From Candidatus Iainarchaeum sp. (GTDB taxonomy: Archaea > Iainarchaeota > Iainarchaeia > Iainarchaeales > JAXPJC01), in contig JACPJC010000006.1 of NCBI GenBank assembly GCA_016187745.1, forward strand, positions 104,005-168,004: a stretch of 64,000 bases of DNA, given 5' to 3'. This document shows, piece after piece, positions 28,373 to 39,300 of the stretch. The first letter of the stretch is position 1, and every line of letters starts with the position of its first letter. The position numbers and the translations under genes are program-made. The notes under the pieces were generated by a model. The model was not told the origin of the DNA. It saw nothing but the letters and a program-made list of their open reading frames with translations, and ran no database searches.

Positions 28373-28996
28373 ATGGACCAAGAGAAACTGAAAACAGGCA
28401 CTACCACTGTAGGCGTTAAGGCAACTGATGCGACAGTGCTTGCGGCAGACATGAAGGCGACAATGGGGAATATTGCCGCGGAGCTTACCGCAACAAAACT
28501 GTTCAGGATAAATGACAATATAGCGCTTGCAATTGCCGGCTCGCAGGGGGACTGCCAGACAATCATAAGGTTCCTTAAAAGCCAGGCAAAGTTGTATGAG
28601 ATGGAAAGGGAAACGCCGCTTTCAACAAAGGCCGCAATAACTTTCCTCGCGAACATCCTGAATGCAAACCGCTATTATCCATATCTTTCATACTTCATAA
28701 TGGGCGGCTTCAACAAGGAGGCTGAGCTCTACACTACAGACATGGTCGGGGGATTCAGCGAGGTTGAGAAATTCACTTCCGTAGGCTCGGGATTTGAGCT
28801 TGCTTATGGGGTATTGGAGCAGAACTACAGGGACAACATGGACCAGGATGCGGCAATAAGGCTTGCGGTAAGTGCGGTGAAGGTTGCAAAGAAGCGCGAC
28901 ATTTACACAGGCGGGGAAGGAATAAAGGTATTTGTCATTGATGCGAAGGGCGCAAGGGAACTGAGCGAAAAGGAAGTGGAGAAGTATTCCCAGTAG
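28373..28996 (+). CDS. psmB: Proteasome beta subunit
   Basis: Propeptide then G|TTTVG, AAD, GSG, RDIYTG. Confidence 0.96.
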   Translation: MDQEKLKTGTTTVGVKATDATVLAADMKATMGNIAAELTATKLFRINDNIALAIAGSQGDCQTIIRFLKSQAKLYEMERETPLSTKAAITFLANILNANRYYPYLSYFIMGGFNKEAELYTTDMVGGFSEVEKFTSVGSGFELAYGVLEQNYRDNMDQDAAIRLAVSAVKVAKKRDIYTGGEGIKVFVIDAKGARELSEKEVEKYSQ

Positions 28997-29080
28997 TTTT
29001 TCCATTTAATTCTAGGATTTATATAATTTGACGGCTCATAGTTTGCCTTTTGTTATGGACTTTGGTTTGGAGTTATTCAT

Positions 29081-30985
29081 ATGGACAATGCGGTAAAGCA
29101 GATAAAGGAAATAATTGAGAAGAACCTCCCTTCGGAGGTGGAAATCACATCCATCGAGCTTGAGGGGCCGGAAGTGGCAATATACACGAAAAACCCCAGA
29201 TCTTTTTTTGAGAATGAGAATTACGTTGCAAAGCTTGCGTACGAGCTGAAGAAACGCGTTAATGTGAGGAGCGACAAATCGCTTTTAATAAATCAGGAAG
29301 AGGCGAAAAAGATTGTTGAGGGGATTGTGCCACAGGACGCGGGAATAAGGGAAATTTATTTTGATGAGGCGTTCTCCGAGGTTGTAATAGAGGCAATGAA
29401 GCCCGGACTTGTGATAGGGAAATCCGGAAGCACCTCAAAGGAAATCATACTCAAAACCGGCTGGGTGCCGAATATTCTGAGGGCGCCGACTTCGGACAGC
29501 AATACCCTGCGCGGAATAAGGCACCATCTGCACAAGTATTCTGCAGAGAGGAGAAAAATACTGCAGGCAACCGCAAAGCACATTTATAGGGAGCTTCCTG
29601 AGCAGCTGAACAACAGGGGATGGATAAAGCTTGATGCATTGGGGGGCTTCAGGGAAGTCGGAAGGAGCTGCGTTCTTATTGCAACTGCAAACACAAAAGT
29701 AATGCTTGACTGCGGGATAAATGTAGCTTCAAACGATGACCCCTATCCTTACCTTGATTCGCTGAATTTTCCCTTAAGCGAACTGGACGCTGTAATAATA
29801 AGCCATGCACATCTTGACCACTCGGGCTTTTTGCCATATCTTTTCAAATTAGGATACAGGGGCCCTGTGTACTGCACTGCCCCAACGCGCGATTTGATGA
29901 CGCTGCTGCAGTTTGATTCCATTGATGTGCTTGTGAAGGAAGGGAGGACCCCCCCTTATTCCGAAGCAGATGTGAAGGAAATGGTAAAATACTGCATTCC
30001 CCGCGATTATAGGGAAGTAACGGACATTGCGCCGGATATGCGCCTGACTTTGCACAATGCGGCGCACATTCTCGGAAGCGCCTCAGTACATTTGCATATA
30101 GGGGAGGGGGCGCACAACTTTGTTTATAGCGCTGACATGAAATACGGCTTCACAAGGCTGTTTGACAATCTGGACATGCATTACCCGAGGCTTGAGACCC
30201 TGCTTATTGAAAGCACATACGGGGGAAGAAACGACATTCATCCCCTGAGGCAGGAATCCGAGGAAAGGATTGTGAAAATCATAAGGGAAACTGTCCTCAA
30301 TAAGGGAAATGTCCTCATTCCAGTATTTGCAGTTGGGCGCGGGCAGGAAATAATGCTTGTGCTTGAGGACGCATACAGGAGAGGAATGCTCGAGGCGAAG
30401 GTCTATATTGATGGCATGACAAAGGAGGCAAGCGCAATCCATACAGCGTATCCGGAGTATTTGCGCAATACTGTGCAGAGAAGAGTGCTGCAGAATGATT
30501 CGCCGTTTACCTCGCAGCTTTTCCAAGTGGCTCCGGAAGCAAGCGAGAGGGCGGCCCTTCTTGCGGAGGGCGGCGCGATAATTGTCGCTTCAAGCGGAAT
30601 GCTTACAGGAGGGCCTTCGCTGAGATATTTCTACCAGATGGCCGAGGACCCGAAAAACTGCATGATTTTCGTTGGATACCAGGGGGAGGGCGCCTTGGGA
30701 AGGAAACTGCAGGGGGGGATAAAAATGCTGCCTGTTCCCGCGGGAAACGGAAGGGTAAAGGCACTCAATGTAAATATGCGCGTTGAGACTGTTGAGGGGT
30801 TTTCAGGGCATTCGGACAGGCTGCAGCTGATGAATTACATCCGCATGCTCAAGCCGATGCCCAAGCGCATACTTGTTGACCACGGGGAAAAGGAAACCAC
30901 GATTGATTTTTCAAGGAGCGTTGCAATGAAATTCAGGATCAACACAACCGCTCCGCGCAATCTGGACAGCGTTAGGCTGAGATGA
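29081..30985 (+). CDS. fttA: aCPSF1/FttA beta-CASP ribonuclease (transcription termination factor)
   Basis: Two KH domains, LGGFREVGRSC, HAHLDH, ESTYG, GFSGHSD. Conserved position next to psmB. Confidence 0.96.
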   Translation: MDNAVKQIKEIIEKNLPSEVEITSIELEGPEVAIYTKNPRSFFENENYVAKLAYELKKRVNVRSDKSLLINQEEAKKIVEGIVPQDAGIREIYFDEAFSEVVIEAMKPGLVIGKSGSTSKEIILKTGWVPNILRAPTSDSNTLRGIRHHLHKYSAERRKILQATAKHIYRELPEQLNNRGWIKLDALGGFREVGRSCVLIATANTKVMLDCGINVASNDDPYPYLDSLNFPLSELDAVIISHAHLDHSGFLPYLFKLGYRGPVYCTAPTRDLMTLLQFDSIDVLVKEGRTPPYSEADVKEMVKYCIPRDYREVTDIAPDMRLTLHNAAHILGSASVHLHIGEGAHNFVYSADMKYGFTRLFDNLDMHYPRLETLLIESTYGGRNDIHPLRQESEERIVKIIRETVLNKGNVLIPVFAVGRGQEIMLVLEDAYRRGMLEAKVYIDGMTKEASAIHTAYPEYLRNTVQRRVLQNDSPFTSQLFQVAPEASERAALLAEGGAIIVASSGMLTGGPSLRYFYQMAEDPKNCMIFVGYQGEGALGRKLQGGIKMLPVPAGNGRVKALNVNMRVETVEGFSGHSDRLQLMNYIRMLKPMPKRILVDHGEKETTIDFSRSVAMKFRINTTAPRNLDSVRLR

Positions 30986-31045
30986 TTAGTTATTTCCCTA
31001 ACAAAAAGGAAAGTTAATTAATGAGGTTGCGCTAATTAATCCTGT

Positions 31046-32998
31046 ATGAAAAGGCGCGGATTTGCCCTTGGGGAAATTGCATTTGTCGTACTGATAGTCC
31101 TGGGGGTGCTGTTTGTGGCTTTTTTGGTCGCGCCGGAGCCGGAGGAAGGGCCATCGGTTCCAATTGCCAAATTTGAATCCTGCGGCGCAATAACCGCGGC
31201 ATTCAAGGAAAATGCGCAGAACTTCAGGGGCGGCATAATTTATGAAATGGGCGGAGTAATGCCCGTGATGAGTTCCGCAACAGGGGGCGCAAAGGACCAG
31301 GGCGCTGCGAGCTACTCAACAACAAATGTGCAGGTGGCAGGCGTTGATGAGGCGGACATTGTGAAAAATGACGGGAAATATATCTATGTGGTTTCGGGAA
31401 ACAAACTGATTATTGCAGATGCATATCCTGCTGAAAGCGCGGAAATTCTTTCCTCAACAGAACTGGGGGAAAACATAACCCCGCAGGAGATGTTCATTGG
31501 AGAGGATAGCGTGCTGGTTTTTGCAAATAATTATGTGCAGCAATACACCAGGCAGATGGAAATTGGGGGGGATGTTATAATGCCCGGCTTCAGCACAACA
31601 ATCGCGCAGCTGTGGGACGTTTCAGACAGGGAAAACCCGATATTGGAGAAGAGCGCGGAATTCGAGGGAAGCTACTTGACTTCAAGGAAAATAGGCAGCA
31701 ATGCTTACTTTGTAATAAACAGCAATCCATATTATTACTGGCTTTATGAGGAAACTGTCAATGATGAAATTACCATCCCTAAGTACAGGGAACTGGGCGC
31801 GGAAGAGCTGGATTCCGGGAAGGAAATTGAATTTGAGCCGGTTGCAAAATGCGGGGAAATTGCGTATTTCGAGCCAATACAGGCAAGCGCATTCATAACA
31901 ATCGCATCAATGAACATTGATGATTTTGATGCCGAAGTGAAAAAGCAGACAATTGTGGGATCGGGGCAGAATGTTTATGCCTCGCTTGATGCGCTTTACC
32001 TTGCAGAAGTGAATTACAATTATGGCTTTGCAATCCCCTTCATAGGGGATGTTATGCCCCCTGAGAACCCTGAGGAGACAATTATACATAAGTTTGCATT
32101 GAAGGACGGCGATGCGTCATATTCCGGCTTTATGGAAGCCCCAGGGCATATTCTGAACCAGTTCTCGATGGACGAATTCAATGGGTATTTCAGGATTGCA
32201 ACAACAAAGGGCGAAGTGTGGAGCGGAAACTCAACAAACAATATTTATGTGTTTAACAGCGACTTGAACATGGCGGGAAAGCTTGAAGAGCTTGCGCCGG
32301 GGGAGAAAATCTATTCGGCGCGCTTCATGGGGGAAAAGGCATATCTGGTAACTTTCAAGAAGGTTGACCCGTTATTTGTAATAGATTTGAGCAATCCGGA
32401 GAAGCCTGAAGTTCTGGGCAAGCTGAAGATTCCGGGGTATTCGGATTATTTGCATCCGATTGATGAAACGCACATAATAGGATTGGGGAAGGAGGCTCTT
32501 GAGGCGGATGAGGGGGATTTCGCATGGTACCAGGGGATTAAGATTGCGATATTTGATGTTTCAGATGTGGAAAACCCTAAGGAAATGTATAAAACAGCCA
32601 TTGGGGACCGGGGAACAGATTCCTATGCGCTTCATGACCATAAGGCATTCCTCTATGATAGGGGAAAGAATCTGCTTGTAATTCCAATTCTCCTTGCTGA
32701 AATAAACGAGGCGCAGTATCCTGAGGGGGTGGAAAAAAACACATATGGGGATTACACGTTCCAGGGCGCTTATGTGTATAACCTGACGCTTGAGAACGGC
32801 TTTGAGCTTAAGGGAAGGATAACGCACCTGGATGCGGATGATGAAAGCCTGCAAAAGTCTGGCTACTATTATGACAGCACAAACTCGATAAAAAGGGCGC
32901 TTTACATTGATGATGCGCTCTACACAATCTCAGATGCGAAGATACTTGCAAATTCATTGAATGACCTTTCACAGATAAGCGAGCTGAAGATTGCATAA
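31046..32998 (+). CDS. Secreted beta-propeller domain protein
   Basis: YSTTNVQVAGVDEADIVKNDG, LNQFSMDE, VTFKKVDPLFVID, LKIPGYSDYLHP. Confidence 0.9.
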   Translation: MKRRGFALGEIAFVVLIVLGVLFVAFLVAPEPEEGPSVPIAKFESCGAITAAFKENAQNFRGGIIYEMGGVMPVMSSATGGAKDQGAASYSTTNVQVAGVDEADIVKNDGKYIYVVSGNKLIIADAYPAESAEILSSTELGENITPQEMFIGEDSVLVFANNYVQQYTRQMEIGGDVIMPGFSTTIAQLWDVSDRENPILEKSAEFEGSYLTSRKIGSNAYFVINSNPYYYWLYEETVNDEITIPKYRELGAEELDSGKEIEFEPVAKCGEIAYFEPIQASAFITIASMNIDDFDAEVKKQTIVGSGQNVYASLDALYLAEVNYNYGFAIPFIGDVMPPENPEETIIHKFALKDGDASYSGFMEAPGHILNQFSMDEFNGYFRIATTKGEVWSGNSTNNIYVFNSDLNMAGKLEELAPGEKIYSARFMGEKAYLVTFKKVDPLFVIDLSNPEKPEVLGKLKIPGYSDYLHPIDETHIIGLGKEALEADEGDFAWYQGIKIAIFDVSDVENPKEMYKTAIGDRGTDSYALHDHKAFLYDRGKNLLVIPILLAEINEAQYPEGVEKNTYGDYTFQGAYVYNLTLENGFELKGRITHLDADDESLQKSGYYYDSTNSIKRALYIDDALYTISDAKILANSLNDLSQISELKIA

Positions 32999-33029
32999 TC
33001 TTTTATTATGCCTCCCCTGTTTTATTTTC

Positions 33030-33215
33030 ATGGCCAAGGTATGCCCTGTTTGCGGCTCCAGGAAATTGACCGTTGACAAGTCAAATATTTTCCTGAATTC
33101 CATCGGCGCTAATGTGAATTATGCGTGCGAAAGATGCGGCAGCACATTTCCCTTCCCGATTGAAATTGAAGAGAAGGCAACTGAAGCGAAGCTTCATTCC
33201 AAAAAGGGCAAATAA
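33030..33215 (+). CDS. Small zinc-ribbon protein
   Basis: CPVCGS...CERCG. Confidence 0.75.
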   Translation: MAKVCPVCGSRKLTVDKSNIFLNSIGANVNYACERCGSTFPFPIEIEEKATEAKLHSKKGK

Positions 33216-33256
33216 ATTGCATAATCTTTTATTCTGCTTATGGCAATATAATTCAT

Positions 33257-33982
33257 ATGAAGGGCTTTCCGCGCAGAAAAAGAACTGAAGAGGGACATGT
33301 TCCCAGAAGCATAAGAAGGACTTTGAATCCTGAAACAAGGCAGGGGAAGCGCAGGGCAAGGCGCATTTCACTTAATAGATTTGCATCTATATTTGGCTTT
33401 TATGAGAGGGGCAGGGGTCTGTCTTATTATAGCCAATTGGAGCGGCATTTTAATTTTAACATTGTTGGATTCCTTAGAAGAAAGGCCTCAATAGGGAAAG
33501 CGGTTGTTACAGAAATTGGTGGCAGTGGAAAAACCCTTTTGAAATTAAGGCGCAAAATGGGAAAAAACAAAGCCAATCTCAAAGCATTCAATATTGATTT
33601 AGTCGGATGGCAGTTTGCCCAGGCCCTGAGGGGGATAAAACTTTTGAAGGGCGATGTGTTAAAGACTCAAGTTCCCAAATCAGACCTCATTCTTTCACTC
33701 TGGGGCCTTGGATATTTTGGGCATCCTGATTATATGACAAGAAAAATTGCCGGCGCTTTAGTGCCGGGCGGGGTTGCGCTGCTGCATTTTAACAGCTACA
33801 ATGTTCTTTCAGTAGGATTTATCGGCCTTAAGAATTGGTCATCTTTTTTAGATAGCTTGGGAAGCGGAAGGGAAAAAATAAGTGGTTGCGAAGCAAAGAT
33901 CCACAAAGTTAGCAAAGATGGAATAAACTTCCCTGCGGGCGACTACTTTGTAATGCTGCACAAGCACCCTATGGCACAATAG
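33257..33982 (+). CDS. Class I SAM-dependent methyltransferase-like protein with Arg-rich leader
   Basis: VVTEIGGSG (motif I), NIDL, KGDV, DLILS, ALVPGG. Confidence 0.65.
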   Translation: MKGFPRRKRTEEGHVPRSIRRTLNPETRQGKRRARRISLNRFASIFGFYERGRGLSYYSQLERHFNFNIVGFLRRKASIGKAVVTEIGGSGKTLLKLRRKMGKNKANLKAFNIDLVGWQFAQALRGIKLLKGDVLKTQVPKSDLILSLWGLGYFGHPDYMTRKIAGALVPGGVALLHFNSYNVLSVGFIGLKNWSSFLDSLGSGREKISGCEAKIHKVSKDGINFPAGDYFVMLHKHPMAQ

Positions 33983-34547
33983 GCATTATGTTAAGCCTGC
34001 CAAATGCGCTCCGGAATTGCCGCGCTCCTGCTGCGGGTTGTTGTCCGGGCGCGGCTTCGGCGCCAAAATGCAAGGAGGCGGATTCTTCCTTCCCTGCGCA
34101 AAAGAAGGCAGAAAACATATAATCTACATAACGCGATTTTTTTCATTTTTTTGAAATTTTAAAAAACCGCATTTTTTTCCACATATACATAAGAAAAGGG
34201 GGTTAATTCAGCCTCCATTCGTTGAAAGACGTGTGCTGCTTTCTATTGGGGAAAAAAGGGGCAAAAATCAACCGAAATGATTAAAAAGGAGTTAGTTTAT
34301 AGTATAAACCGATGCGATATGCATATGCAGCAGGAACTTTCTAAAGGAAACTGCCTCCTGGAAAGCAGGGTTGCAGTACTTTGCTCTGCGCTTGAAAAAG
34401 GCGGGCGCAAGGTCGGCAATGACTGTGCTGCATTCAGAAAAGCTAATCGCATTACCTTGGGCAAATCACAGTAATACTTTTTCACTCACCCCGACTGTGT
34501 TTTGCCTTTTCTTTTTATTTTTAATCTTAATGCTACAGCTATTTCCT

Positions 34548-35036
34548 ATGCGCATTATCATTACCGGAAGCCCGGGAACCGGGAAAACGGCAGTTGCGAA
34601 ACTGCTCGGGAAGAGGCTGAAATGCGCTGTCCTTAATGAGCATGATTTCTGCATGCGCAAAGGGATAGGGAAATTTGAGGGAAGCGAACTTATTGTCCCT
34701 TTGGGAAAATTGCGGAAAGCGCTGAATGCTGAGCTGAAAAGGCGCAGGAACATAATTGCTGAGGGGCATCTGCTATGCGAAATTAAGCTTGGGGCTGATG
34801 CTGCAGTCCTATTGAGGCTGCATCCTGAATTGCTTGAGGCGCGGCTTGAAAAGCGCGGGTACAATGCGGAAAAGATACAGGACAATGTGTTCTGCGAGGG
34901 AATTGATTACTGCAAAAAGCATTTGCACAGGAATTTCGGGAAAGGAAAAATAATTGAGGTTTCTGCCCATGGAACTGCAAAGGAAACCGCAAACATTATC
35001 CTTAATAAATTAAAGGAGAAAAGTGATATTGGGTGA
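34548..35036 (+). CDS. Adenylate kinase, AK6/Fap7 type
   Basis: ITGSPGTGKT, IAEGHL, LEKRGYNAEKIQDN. Confidence 0.9.
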   Translation: MRIIITGSPGTGKTAVAKLLGKRLKCAVLNEHDFCMRKGIGKFEGSELIVPLGKLRKALNAELKRRRNIIAEGHLLCEIKLGADAAVLLRLHPELLEARLEKRGYNAEKIQDNVFCEGIDYCKKHLHRNFGKGKIIEVSAHGTAKETANIILNKLKEKSDIG

Positions 35037-35042
35037 GTTGCT

Positions 35043-36251
35043 ATGGGCGCAAGGGTTTACGCATTTTACGCATTATTGCTGTTTGCCATTATCGGCCTTT
35101 CTTTTGCATATTCAGCAACGGTTGAGGAGAAAACCTTCGCGCAGATGGTTTATGATGATTTTGTTGTTTCGGGCGCGAACAGGGAGAAATGCGAGGAAAT
35201 CGCCTTCGTGAGGGCAAACGATGAGAACTACACAATACTCAGCGTGCACGCTGATTTCATGCCGAATGCAACAGGCAGGATTGCAGGAATAAGCGTTTAT
35301 GTGAATGACGCGAATTCCGCGCTTACAACGCTGCTTGCGGGAAACTTCCTGGAGGACTGGGCAAGGGTAATTCTCCCCAAATGGGAGCTGAAGGAAAAAA
35401 ACAAGATCAAGCTCTGCGCAAAAACCTCGGATGTTGTAACCGAAATAAAAATACTGAACGATTCTAAGATTGGGACTTATAGAATTGCAGATTTTTCAAA
35501 GGAAGGGGCATTCACAAAAACTGCAAGCAATGCTTCCCCCGAAGTCGGGGAGGAAGTGAAAGTTACAGTAACACTGCACAATTACGGGAATGAGGAAACA
35601 TTCGTAACGATTAAGCACATTGCGGAGAATGTGGAGATGCCTGAAATTGAGATAACGCGCGGGGAAACGGAAAAGAACGGATGGGTTGCCCCGGGGAATG
35701 AGATTGCAATGGAATATTACATGAGGCCCAAGGTTGCGATAAGGATGTCGCTCCCATATGCAATTGCGGAATACACAAACACTTTCGGGGAAACGGTAAA
35801 GCTGGCATCAGCAATGCCGGATTTGGACGTAAAGGCAATTGAGCAGAGGCTTTTTGCAATAGTGCTTCCAGAAAGCAATGTGAAAAAGACAGGGGAAAGG
35901 GCGAAAATCGCAATAGCGGTAAAGAACCAGAGCACGGAAACAATAAAGGATGTGTTTGTTTCAATTTCACTGCCTGAGGGAATTGAACTCGAGGGCTCAA
36001 GCTCAAGTAACATTCCGTTAATAGAGGCAGGGGAAACTGTGAGCCTTGCGTTTTATGTTTCCGCGCAAGAGCCGGGAACTTACAGGGTGGGGTGCAACGT
36101 AACCTATGATTCTGTGCCTTTGGCGTGCGACAGGGTAGCGATTGCCTATGAGGCGCAGGGGATAAACTATGCAATAGTCGCAGGCGCGGTTCTGCTCGCA
36201 ATAGGGCTTGCAATCTACATGTATCTCTATTTCTCCTCGGAGAAGAAGTAG
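35043..36251 (+). CDS. Secreted Ig-like (CARDB/BatD-like) protein with C-terminal TM anchor
   Basis: Signal peptide, VKVTVTLHNYG, IAVKNQS, C-terminal hydrophobic helix. Confidence 0.75.
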   Translation: MGARVYAFYALLLFAIIGLSFAYSATVEEKTFAQMVYDDFVVSGANREKCEEIAFVRANDENYTILSVHADFMPNATGRIAGISVYVNDANSALTTLLAGNFLEDWARVILPKWELKEKNKIKLCAKTSDVVTEIKILNDSKIGTYRIADFSKEGAFTKTASNASPEVGEEVKVTVTLHNYGNEETFVTIKHIAENVEMPEIEITRGETEKNGWVAPGNEIAMEYYMRPKVAIRMSLPYAIAEYTNTFGETVKLASAMPDLDVKAIEQRLFAIVLPESNVKKTGERAKIAIAVKNQSTETIKDVFVSISLPEGIELEGSSSSNIPLIEAGETVSLAFYVSAQEPGTYRVGCNVTYDSVPLACDRVAIAYEAQGINYAIVAGAVLLAIGLAIYMYLYFSSEKK

Positions 36252-36340
36252 AATTTTTTCTGCCGGTTTTGCATTGCCATACTTTATTATACATAACATT
36301 TCTTAGGAAATAATCTTTTTCCTTTAGAAATATATTATTT

Positions 36341-39300
36341 TTAATCGTTTTTCAGCACTTTTTGGAACCTTATCTGCTGCTTGGCGCCCCTTCCCCTGTG
36401 GCGCATGTAGAAAATGAATCCTATGAGCGCAAACAGGGGGAGCGCGGCAAGGGGAAGAAGCGGAATTTGCTGCTGACCGTCCTGGAGGGAAAGGAGCAGC
36501 ATTGCGCTGCCTGAAAGCGCTATCGATTTCAGGTAATTGGATTTTGCAATTTCCGATTTGGAGCTTTTCATGAGCTCAGGGATGCGCGAGTCCGCAAGCA
36601 TTGCGCTGTTGAGCTTGGAGTTTGTTTTTGTATAGTTTGCAATTGCATCCTCCCTCAAGCGCCGCTCAGCATTCTCAAGCTCTGCGGAAATTGCTTCCGC
36701 CTCCTGCAGGCGGGTTTCAAATTCCGGGGAAATTCCCTCATAGCCTGAAAGCGCTTCTTCAAAGCCCTGGGATGTGCTCTTCTTGATGAATTCATTGAGG
36801 CTCGCGCCCAATTTAAGGGAATCCAGGCGCGTTATCTCAAGCAGGATTTTTTCAATCCTCTCCCTTGTTATCGGGGGGATATAATCAAGCCTGTTTATTA
36901 TTCCTTGGGTGATTTCATTGAAATTCTCCGCAAGCCTTGAGGCGCGCGCCTTCAATCCGGTTTCGGAGAGCAGGGAGGAAAACCTGCTGATTTTTTCCGA
37001 TATTGATTCTGTTTTCTGCATCAGCTGGCTTTTTATGGCATTTTCATACTCGTCTGTTTTTTCGGCAAGCGCATCCAATGCGGATTTCGCATCGGCATAA
37101 TTCCCGCCCATTATTGAGCTTTCAATTCTTGAGCTTAAATCAAGCGCGGCTTCCTTTAGCTGCAGGGAGTTGTAATCCCGGATCTTGAAGCGGAGCATGC
37201 GCTCAATCGCGCTGTTCGCCTTCTGCATAAGCGCGCTCTTGTCGTTTGAAAGGAGCATTGCAAGGTTCTTGCTGCTGCGCTCGTTCAGGAGCGCTTTTGC
37301 CCTGAACAATGCGCCCAATGCTGAATCGTAATCCGGAATGGATTTGCTTGTTTGCGCATCTTCCGCATACTGCCGGGCCTTCTGCACATTTGAATTTAGC
37401 GCGCCTGCCTGCTCCGCATATCCGAATGAAGTGAGCTTTGCAATTTCCCCTTCTGCCTCATTTACCTCATCGGAAACCTGCGAGCTCAGCTGCGCGTACT
37501 GCGAAGATTGCTGCAGGAGCGTTTGTTCCCTTTCAAGCAGCTTTTCTGCTTCCTTCGCAATTGCACTTATTGAATTTATGTGCCTGCTTTCAGTGAAATC
37601 CGAAGTGCTGCCAATTTCTGAAAGCTCTTCCGCAAGCGATGCCGAGTAACCAGCTATTTCCCCGCTTTCGGAACTTGCAAGCGATGAAAGCCTGCTTTGC
37701 AGCCCATCAATGACTCTTTGCCAATAATCCAGATAATTCCGCACTTCATAGGAAAAATAAAACTGCATTGATTGCTGCGGGTAAAGCTCTGGAACAACAA
37801 ATGAAATTTTGCCCGCATCAATTATCTCAAATCCGATTTCCTTCCCGGAGGAATCAAAGAGCTCCCCGTTCCTTATTTCCCCTGCGGAAATTGCAATTGG
37901 GACTGCGACCCTTGTTTTGAGGATGGGAATTTCAAGGTTGTTTTTCATTGAAATCAGGAAATCATAGGCCGTTGCGTTCTCATCAATTTTCTCTGAATTC
38001 AGCAGCCCAACATTCGCATCAACCGGATTTGCAATGGAAAAATAAATTTCAATCTGCTGCCTATCGCGCGCGTTCTGCAGGATGAATTCTATTGAATTGC
38101 CGTTTACCGCGCTTTCAATTTGCCTGCTGTCGGAATAGACAAAAGCGTCGCTTATGGGGTAATTCCCCGCGGGCGAGGAAATTTTAAGCACCGGAAGGTC
38201 AGCATTAGCCTTTATCGTGATGGTGCGCCTCACTGCGGCCTTGCCAACATCAACAAACAGCAGCTTGTCTTCCTGTTCCGAACTTGCGGCAACCGCATTC
38301 ACATCAAAAAGCGCAAGGGTTTTTCCCGGGGGAAGGGAAGAAAGCGCAAAAGAAATTTTTCCCTGCGAATATTCTGCCGAGATTATATTGGGGGCTGCGT
38401 ATGCAAGCCTCAGGCCTGAAAGGCCCTCAAGGGGGATTTCAAACTTGATTTCATCGTAAAGCGCCTCATTGAGGGGATTTTCAAATGAAATTCGCAATTG
38501 CGAGGCGTACAGGGAATCAAGTAGCGGAACTTCCCCTGCAATGAGCTCCTTTGCGTAGGAGTTCCGGAGGTATTTTGAAATTGCATCCTTGAGAAGGGAG
38601 CGCAGTTCCGCCGAAAATTCTTCAAGGTTTGCATTCAGCTCGGGCGCGAGCGGCATTACCGCTGGCAGGTCAATCTCATTCTCAGGGAAGAATTTCCGGA
38701 ATGAGGAGAACTTTGAATTTATTTTGCCCATTTCCGAATCTGAAACAAATCCTGCGTAATTTGAATTGGCGCCTTTTATGGCCTCAATTATCCTGCCTGT
38801 TTCTGAGAATTTCCCTGAAATTTCCTGAATTTCCGGATTGTTGGAGAGATAGGCATAGGCATCCTGCTTCAATTGGGTGCAGGCCTGCAGAAGCTGCTCA
38901 GGATTCTCGCTTTCCGGGAGAAGGGCCTGCAGCTTGAAGAACCTTGGCTGGAAGTCCTTCAGTTCTTCCGCGCCTTCAGAGAATAATCTTTGCAGATAGC
39001 CCGCGCAATTGCGCAGCCCATTCTCATTTGCCTCCTCGAACTCCGCAAAATCGGTTTTTGCGCCAGCATAGGAATTGTACATTTCAATAACCGGCTTGCA
39101 TGCAATGAGCTTCTGCCTTTGGGAGTTTGAGTCAAGGTAGCCTGCAATATTGTATGCGAGCCTTGCCCTGAGGTCTGAAAGCTTACTGCTCTCAATATCA
39201 ATATTCAGGCCCTCCCTTATTGCATTTATGCGCGAATCGCAAAGCACTTCCAAACCCTGCAGCACCTCGCTGCTGAAATAATCAAGCCCTGAATTCAGGT

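Noticed and set aside
33983-34500. RNase P or SRP RNA; short ORFs 34277..34474 and a ~50-codon reverse ORF
   Set aside because: No GAGGAAAGUCC-type RNase P or SRP helix-8 motif found by eye; the ORFs have no recognisable features.
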